Shown here: positions 57,585 through 64,000 of the stretch, piece after piece
Layout: each line of letters starts with the position of its first letter
Position numbering within the stretch: position 1 is the stretch's first letter
Assembly: GCA_034927595.1 (NCBI GenBank)
Contig: JAYFPQ010000057.1
Coordinates: 24,690-88,689, forward strand
Length of the DNA stretch: 64,000 bases
Source of the DNA: Christensenella sp.
GTDB lineage: Bacteria > Bacillota > Clostridia > Christensenellales > CAG-138
Reading direction: 5' to 3'
Program-made: the position numbers and the translations under genes
The notes under the pieces: model-generated
What the model was told of the DNA's origin: nothing
The model's input: the letters and a program-made list of their open reading frames with translations, nothing else
Database searches by the model: none

Positions 57585-57848
57585 TCAGTCGTCGGCTTCA
57601 TCCGCCTTGGTATCAAGCCGGTTTGCAATCGTCTCCGGCTGAATGGCGGAGAGAATCACATGGTCGCTGTCCGTAATGACAACCGCGCGGGTACGGCGTC
57701 CGCAGGTCGCGTCGATCAGGCGTCCGCTCTCACGGGCTTCCTGAACAATGCGTTTGATGGGCGCGGATTCCGGGCTGACAATCGCAATCAAGCGATCTGC
57801 GGAAACAATGTTTCCAAACCCGATGTTCACCAATCGAAGGTTCATCAT
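57585..57848 (-). CDS. remA: RemA/DUF370 family DNA-binding regulator
   Basis: '[70 protein letters not shown]' is near-collinear with B. subtilis RemA as I recall it. Confidence 0.88.
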   Translation of the reverse strand: MMNLRLVNIGFGNIVSADRLIAIVSPESAPIKRIVQEARESGRLIDATCGRRTRAVVITDSDHVILSAIQPETIANRLDTKADEADD

Positions 57849-57940
57849 AACGGGGACACTCCTATCTTGCGCTGCCTCTCGCTGTTACTCAAATCGGACG
57901 AGAGGAAACGGATCTGCTTTTCAAAAGAGCAAGGCGGTCG

Positions 57941-58816
57941 TTACTCAATGTTCTGCACCTGCTCGCGAATCTTCTCGATCTCTGCTTTGCCGCTTAACAC
58001 GAGCTTTGTCAGTTCGCCGTCGTTGGCCTTGGAGCCGATCGTGTTAAACTCACGATTCATCTCCTGCACCACGAAATCGAGCTTGCGACCGGCGGGTTCT
58101 TTGTCGAGCAACAGAGAGCGCATCTGCGCGATGTGGCTGTGCAGGCGGGAGATCTCCTCGTCGATGCTTGCCTTATCCGCAAAGATGGCAACCTCGGTGG
58201 CGAGCCTTGCGCGATCCACCTCAACGTTGCCAAGCAGCGTCTGAATCCGCTCGTCGAGCTTAACCCGGTATTCCGAAACGACGACCGGCGCGCGTTTGGC
58301 AATCTGCTCAGTCAGGGATTCCACCGTGTCTGTGCAGTTGCCGAGGTATACGCCAAGGCGGTTGCCTTCCTGTTCTCGCATGACGAGCATGTTGTCGATT
58401 GCGCCGTTGATGGCGGCATTCAGCAGAGCGAGCACCGCGTCGGTGTCCTCGTCCGCTTCGCGAACGTTGGACACATCCGGCAGGCGCAGCGCGGCGGTTA
58501 GCGAAAGATCGTCCCGCAGCGCGAGGGTTTCGTTTGCCTGTTTCGCGGCGGCGACAAACGCGGTCAAGAGCGGAACGTCGATTTCAACGCTTCTGGCGTC
58601 GCTGCGAAGATTCCGGTAGTTGACGAACACGTCCACATGCCCGCGGGAGAGCCGCGCGGTGAGCGCGGAGCGAATCGGGTCTTCTAAAAACGAAAGATGG
58701 CGGGGGAGGCGCATGCCGACGTCCAGGTAGCGATGGTTCACGCTTTTGAGTTCCACCGTCATTTCGCGCCCGTCTCCGGTCGCGCTGCCTTTGCCATAGC
58801 CGGTCATGCTGTACAT
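57941..58816 (-). CDS. yicC: YicC/YloC family protein (UPF0701; endoribonuclease family)
   Basis: 'MTGYG' is at the N-terminus and 'VELKSVNHRYLD' is present. The C-terminal 'EEISRLHSHI...GRKLDFVVQEMNREFNTIGSKA' region is also family-typical. Confidence 0.85.
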   Translation of the reverse strand: MYSMTGYGKGSATGDGREMTVELKSVNHRYLDVGMRLPRHLSFLEDPIRSALTARLSRGHVDVFVNYRNLRSDARSVEIDVPLLTAFVAAAKQANETLALRDDLSLTAALRLPDVSNVREADEDTDAVLALLNAAINGAIDNMLVMREQEGNRLGVYLGNCTDTVESLTEQIAKRAPVVVSEYRVKLDERIQTLLGNVEVDRARLATEVAIFADKASIDEEISRLHSHIAQMRSLLLDKEPAGRKLDFVVQEMNREFNTIGSKANDGELTKLVLSGKAEIEKIREQVQNIE

Positions 58817-58857
58817 AAATCTCTTACCCCCAAGTCGCAATTACAAATTATACCATG

Positions 58858-59832
58858 CTAAGCAAGATCATTCAAGCGATAGATTTCGTCCGCATGCGGT
58901 TCTTCGAGCGTTTCACCGTCCGCGTAGCTGACGCTTCCCTCGATTGCATGACCAATCACGCTTGCAGGAATTCCCTGTGCAAGCAGCGCCTCGCAGAGAG
59001 ATTGCCCGTTTTCGCAGGCAATCAACAGGCTTCCACTGCCGATTAAACGAAGCGGATCGAGCCCCAAAACTCCGCAGATTTCTCGCGTTTCCTCGCGAAC
59101 GGGAATCTTCGAGGAATCGATTTTCACCGCGCACCGATTCGCGTAGCCGAGTTCCCAGGCCGCTCCGAGGACGCCGCCTTCGGTTACGTCGTGCATGGCG
59201 CTTGCGCCAAACTGCACTGCGATTTTGCTGTCGGGTACGATGCTGAGTTGCTTGGAAAATGCGCGTGCTGAGATAAGCAGGTGTTCCGGCAGCGCGGCCA
59301 GCCGAGAAGCAAAATCCTCCGCTAGGATGCTGGTGCCCTCGACGGCGGCCCATTTCGTCATCACAATATCGTCTCCGGGACGCATGCCGCGCAGGGCAGC
59401 GTTTCGTGCCTGACGGGCAACGACCGTTGCACTCGTCACCGCGCGGGTTACCGCGTCGGTCACCTCCGTGTGCCCGCCGAGGATGTCCACGTTCGCGAGC
59501 TGCGCGGCGGCGGAGAGATCGTCCGCAATGCGCGAAATCTCCTCCATCGTGCCACTCAGCGGCATCAGCAACGTGACGAGCAGGCCCACCGGCTCCGCAC
59601 CGGCCGCCGCCGCGTCGTTGCAGCTGACGTGTACGGTCAGCCGCCCGAGGTGGGCAGCGCTTGCGGAGGTGATGGGGTCGCAGCTGAGTACAACAAGATC
59701 ACCGTCGAGGTCCAGCGTAGCGCAGTCCTGCCCGATGGTGGGCGAGGTGAGCGATTCCGGACGCACGCGGCGGAATTTGGTCAGAACGAGGCGTTCGAGG
59801 TCGTCGTTGTCTAGTTTTCCGTGTCTAAGCAT
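58858..59832 (-). CDS. AIR synthase-related (PurM/HypE/ThiL-fold) protein
   Basis: 'IGQDCATLDL', 'DPITSA', 'NDAAAAGAEP' and 'GGHTEV' are typical of the PurM-like N- and C-domains. The specific function is not assignable. Confidence 0.7.
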   Translation of the reverse strand: MLRHGKLDNDDLERLVLTKFRRVRPESLTSPTIGQDCATLDLDGDLVVLSCDPITSASAAHLGRLTVHVSCNDAAAAGAEPVGLLVTLLMPLSGTMEEISRIADDLSAAAQLANVDILGGHTEVTDAVTRAVTSATVVARQARNAALRGMRPGDDIVMTKWAAVEGTSILAEDFASRLAALPEHLLISARAFSKQLSIVPDSKIAVQFGASAMHDVTEGGVLGAAWELGYANRCAVKIDSSKIPVREETREICGVLGLDPLRLIGSGSLLIACENGQSLCEALLAQGIPASVIGHAIEGSVSYADGETLEEPHADEIYRLNDLA

Positions 59833-59855
59833 ACTATTTTACAATCTCCGTATCG

Positions 59856-61868
<2,013 letters not shown>

Positions 61869-64000
61869 TTATAGCACGTCGATCGGCGCAAACGCCGAAG
61901 CAAACTTTTTGTTCGCGCCGTTGTCAAACGCGATTTCCACAATTGCCGATGCGCCGCTGCCATGCACCGCGAGCACGGTACCTTCGCCAAACGCCTTGTG
62001 GCGAACGCGCTGCCCCGGCGAGTAGTTCACGTCCGCTTCCTGCGGCTTCGGCTCTGGCTGCGCGGGGTTTCGCTGCATCATTGGCTGCGTGGCGGCACCT
62101 CCGCCGCCTTTGAGCGAGTGCACCGAAATGCCGAATGCCTGCTGCGGCGGTGCGCTCTTAAGCTGGGTCGGTTTCGGCGCGGGTTTCGCTTCGGCCGGCA
62201 GCGCTTCCTCCAGCTCCGTTAAGAAGCGGGAGGGCATTGCGGGGGTAATCTTGCCGTAGAGCAGACGCTGCTTCGCGTGGGAGAGATAGAGCTTTTCCCG
62301 CGCACGGGTGATACCAACGTAGCAAAGCCGCCGCTCCTCTTCCAATTTATCTGGTTCATAGATCGACTGCATGGAGGGGAACAATCCGTCCTCCAACCCG
62401 CAGAGGAACACGACGGGAAACTCCAAACCCTTTGCGCTGTGCAGCGTCATCATGGCCACGCGGCCGTTTTGCTCGTCCACGTCGTCCGTCGCGGAGAACA
62501 GGGCGACGTTTTCGAGAAACGCGGTGAGCACGTCCACCTTGGTTTCGTCGAGCGACTCCGTGAACTCGCGAATGTAGCCGACGAACTCCTTCACGATGTC
62601 CGCGCGCGCCTCGTAGTTCTCCTTGCGGTCGGCTTGCAGATACGCGTCGTAGCCGATGACCTCCAGCAGGTATTCGACCACATCCGGAAAGGACTTTACG
62701 CCGAACTGCGCGTAAACGTCCGACAGCATCTGCGCAAAGTTGACGAATTTGTCGCGCGCCTTCGGCAGGTCGCCGTCGTGCAGCTGCAAAATTGCGTGCA
62801 GCAACGGTTGGGTGCGCTCGCTGGCGAACGATTGCAGTGCGTCGATGGACGTGTCCCCGATGCCGCGGCGCGGTACGTTGATGATGCGCAAAAACGCGAT
62901 GTCGTCCGCCGAGTTCTGGAGCAGCCGCAGGTAGGCGACGATGTCCTTGACCTCCGCGCGTTGGAAGAACGAGAGTCCGCCGTAGACGCGGTAGGGAATG
63001 TCGTAGCTTTGCAGGTACATTTCGATGACGCGGCTCTGCGCGTGCGTGCGGTAGAGAATCGCGTAGTCGTCGTACCGTCGCTCGCCGTAACGCGCGCCTT
63101 CGAGAATCCGGTTGCAGATGCGGTTCGCTTCGTCCCGCTCGTCCATCGCTTCATAGACGTCAATCGGTTCGCCGCCTGCTTTCTCCGTCCAGAGTGCCTT
63201 TTTCTTGCGGGAGCGGTTGTTCGAAATCACGATGTTCGCGGCGTTGAGAATCACCTCGGTCGAGCGGTAGTTCTGCTCAAGGCGGATGACAACTGCGCCG
63301 GGAAAGTCCTTTTCGAATTCTAGAATGTTGCGAATGTCCGCTCCGCGCCAGCCGTAGATGCTCTGGTCATCGTCGCCGACCACGCAGATGTTGCGGTGCT
63401 CGCTCGCGAGCAGATGGACAATGTTGTACTGCACAAGGTTTGTGTCCTGATACTCGTCCACTAGGATGTATTGGAATTTCCGGCGGTATTTTTCGAGTGT
63501 CTCCGGAAAACGCACGAAGAGCTGGAGCGTGAGCAGCAGCAGGTCGTCAAAGTCCAGTGCGTTGCAGAGCTTGAGCTGCTGCTGGTAGGCAACATAGGCG
63601 CGAACAATCTCCTTGTTTGCGTAGGAGTCGCGAAAGAACTGCATTGCGTCGAGCGACTGGTTCTTCGCCTCGGAAATACGGCTGGAAAGCTCGCGCGGCG
63701 TAAACATCTTCTCGTTCATGTTCAGGTCGCGAATGATCCTTTTTAACAGCGATTGCTGATCCGCGTCGTCGTAGATGACAAACGTACGCTCGTAGCCCAG
63801 CGCCTCAATCTCGCTGCGCAGAATGCGCGCGCAGGCGGAGTGAAACGTCATGACCCACATGTCGTTGACGCCGGTGCCAACGAGCTTGCCGACGCGTTCG
63901 CGCATCTCGCCCGCAGCCTTATTCGTAAACGTCAGCGCGAGGATGTTCCAGGGCGCGACGCCGTTTTCGTGAATCAAATAGGCAATTCGGTGCGTGAGCA
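61869..64000 (-). CDS. pcrA: ATP-dependent DNA helicase PcrA/UvrD family (5' end lies beyond the window)
   Basis: The frame stays open to the window edge (...LTHRIAYLIHENGV...). 'LALTFTNKAAGEM', 'ILVDEYQDTN', 'VGDDDQSIYGWRGA' and 'TLHSAKGLEF' are present. Confidence 0.92.
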   Translation of the reverse strand, partial: LTHRIAYLIHENGVAPWNILALTFTNKAAGEMRERVGKLVGTGVNDMWVMTFHSACARILRSEIEALGYERTFVIYDDADQQSLLKRIIRDLNMNEKMFTPRELSSRISEAKNQSLDAMQFFRDSYANKEIVRAYVAYQQQLKLCNALDFDDLLLLTLQLFVRFPETLEKYRRKFQYILVDEYQDTNLVQYNIVHLLASEHRNICVVGDDDQSIYGWRGADIRNILEFEKDFPGAVVIRLEQNYRSTEVILNAANIVISNNRSRKKKALWTEKAGGEPIDVYEAMDERDEANRICNRILEGARYGERRYDDYAILYRTHAQSRVIEMYLQSYDIPYRVYGGLSFFQRAEVKDIVAYLRLLQNSADDIAFLRIINVPRRGIGDTSIDALQSFASERTQPLLHAILQLHDGDLPKARDKFVNFAQMLSDVYAQFGVKSFPDVVEYLLEVIGYDAYLQADRKENYEARADIVKEFVGYIREFTESLDETKVDVLTAFLENVALFSATDDVDEQNGRVAMMTLHSAKGLEFPVVFLCGLEDGLFPSMQSIYEPDKLEEERRLCYVGITRAREKLYLSHAKQRLLYGKITPAMPSRFLTELEEALPAEAKPAPKPTQLKSAPPQQAFGISVHSLKGGGGAATQPMMQRNPAQPEPKPQEADVNYSPGQRVRHKAFGEGTVLAVHGSGASAIVEIAFDNGANKKFASAFAPIDVL

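Overview
A 64-kb chromosomal segment from a high-GC Firmicutes (Clostridia-like) genome. This assignment is inferred from gene content, GGAGG-type ribosome-binding sites and many ATGA/TAATG-coupled operons. The window is mostly core housekeeping, and I found no CRISPR array, transposase, integrase, phage gene or recognisable defence system. Going left to right: a GH13 glucosidase 3' fragment; a secreted SH3b/cadherin-like/EEP protein; gap; a GtrB-like GT2; fba; a single-gene AT-rich islet (TrkA-C membrane protein); a P-type ATPase behind a yybP-ykoY (Mn2+) riboswitch; a YfcC transporter; a tail-anchored degenerate kinase; PAP2; the operon ecfA1-ecfA2-ecfT-truA-tadA, divergent from an 8-oxoguanine-deaminase-like amidohydrolase plus queT; PFOR; a DeoR/nagB/pfkB/GNAT/pgi sugar cluster; DUF3810; an orphan TrpB-like PLP enzyme; pncB; tRNA-Leu(GAG); and several small lipoprotein or hypothetical genes. 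These are followed by the conserved minus-strand 'ylo-type' operon (yicC-remA-gmk-rpoZ-priA ... def-fmt-rsmB-rlmN-stp-prkC-rsgA-rpe) and ligA and pcrA. The observations I rank highest are: (1) an in-frame TAG inside the normally essential gmk; (2) a membrane-tail-anchored pseudokinase; (3) the Mn-riboswitch/P-type ATPase pairing; (4) a four-gene block (XRE-LiaF-like regulator, TauE, heterodimeric ABC exporter) splitting the priA-def junction; (5) a 50-bp tandem duplication of the def/fmt overlap that creates a chimeric 17-codon relic ORF; and (6) the AT-rich islet. I cannot point to a convincing novel multi-gene system. All calls rest on motif recognition by eye, with no database searches.
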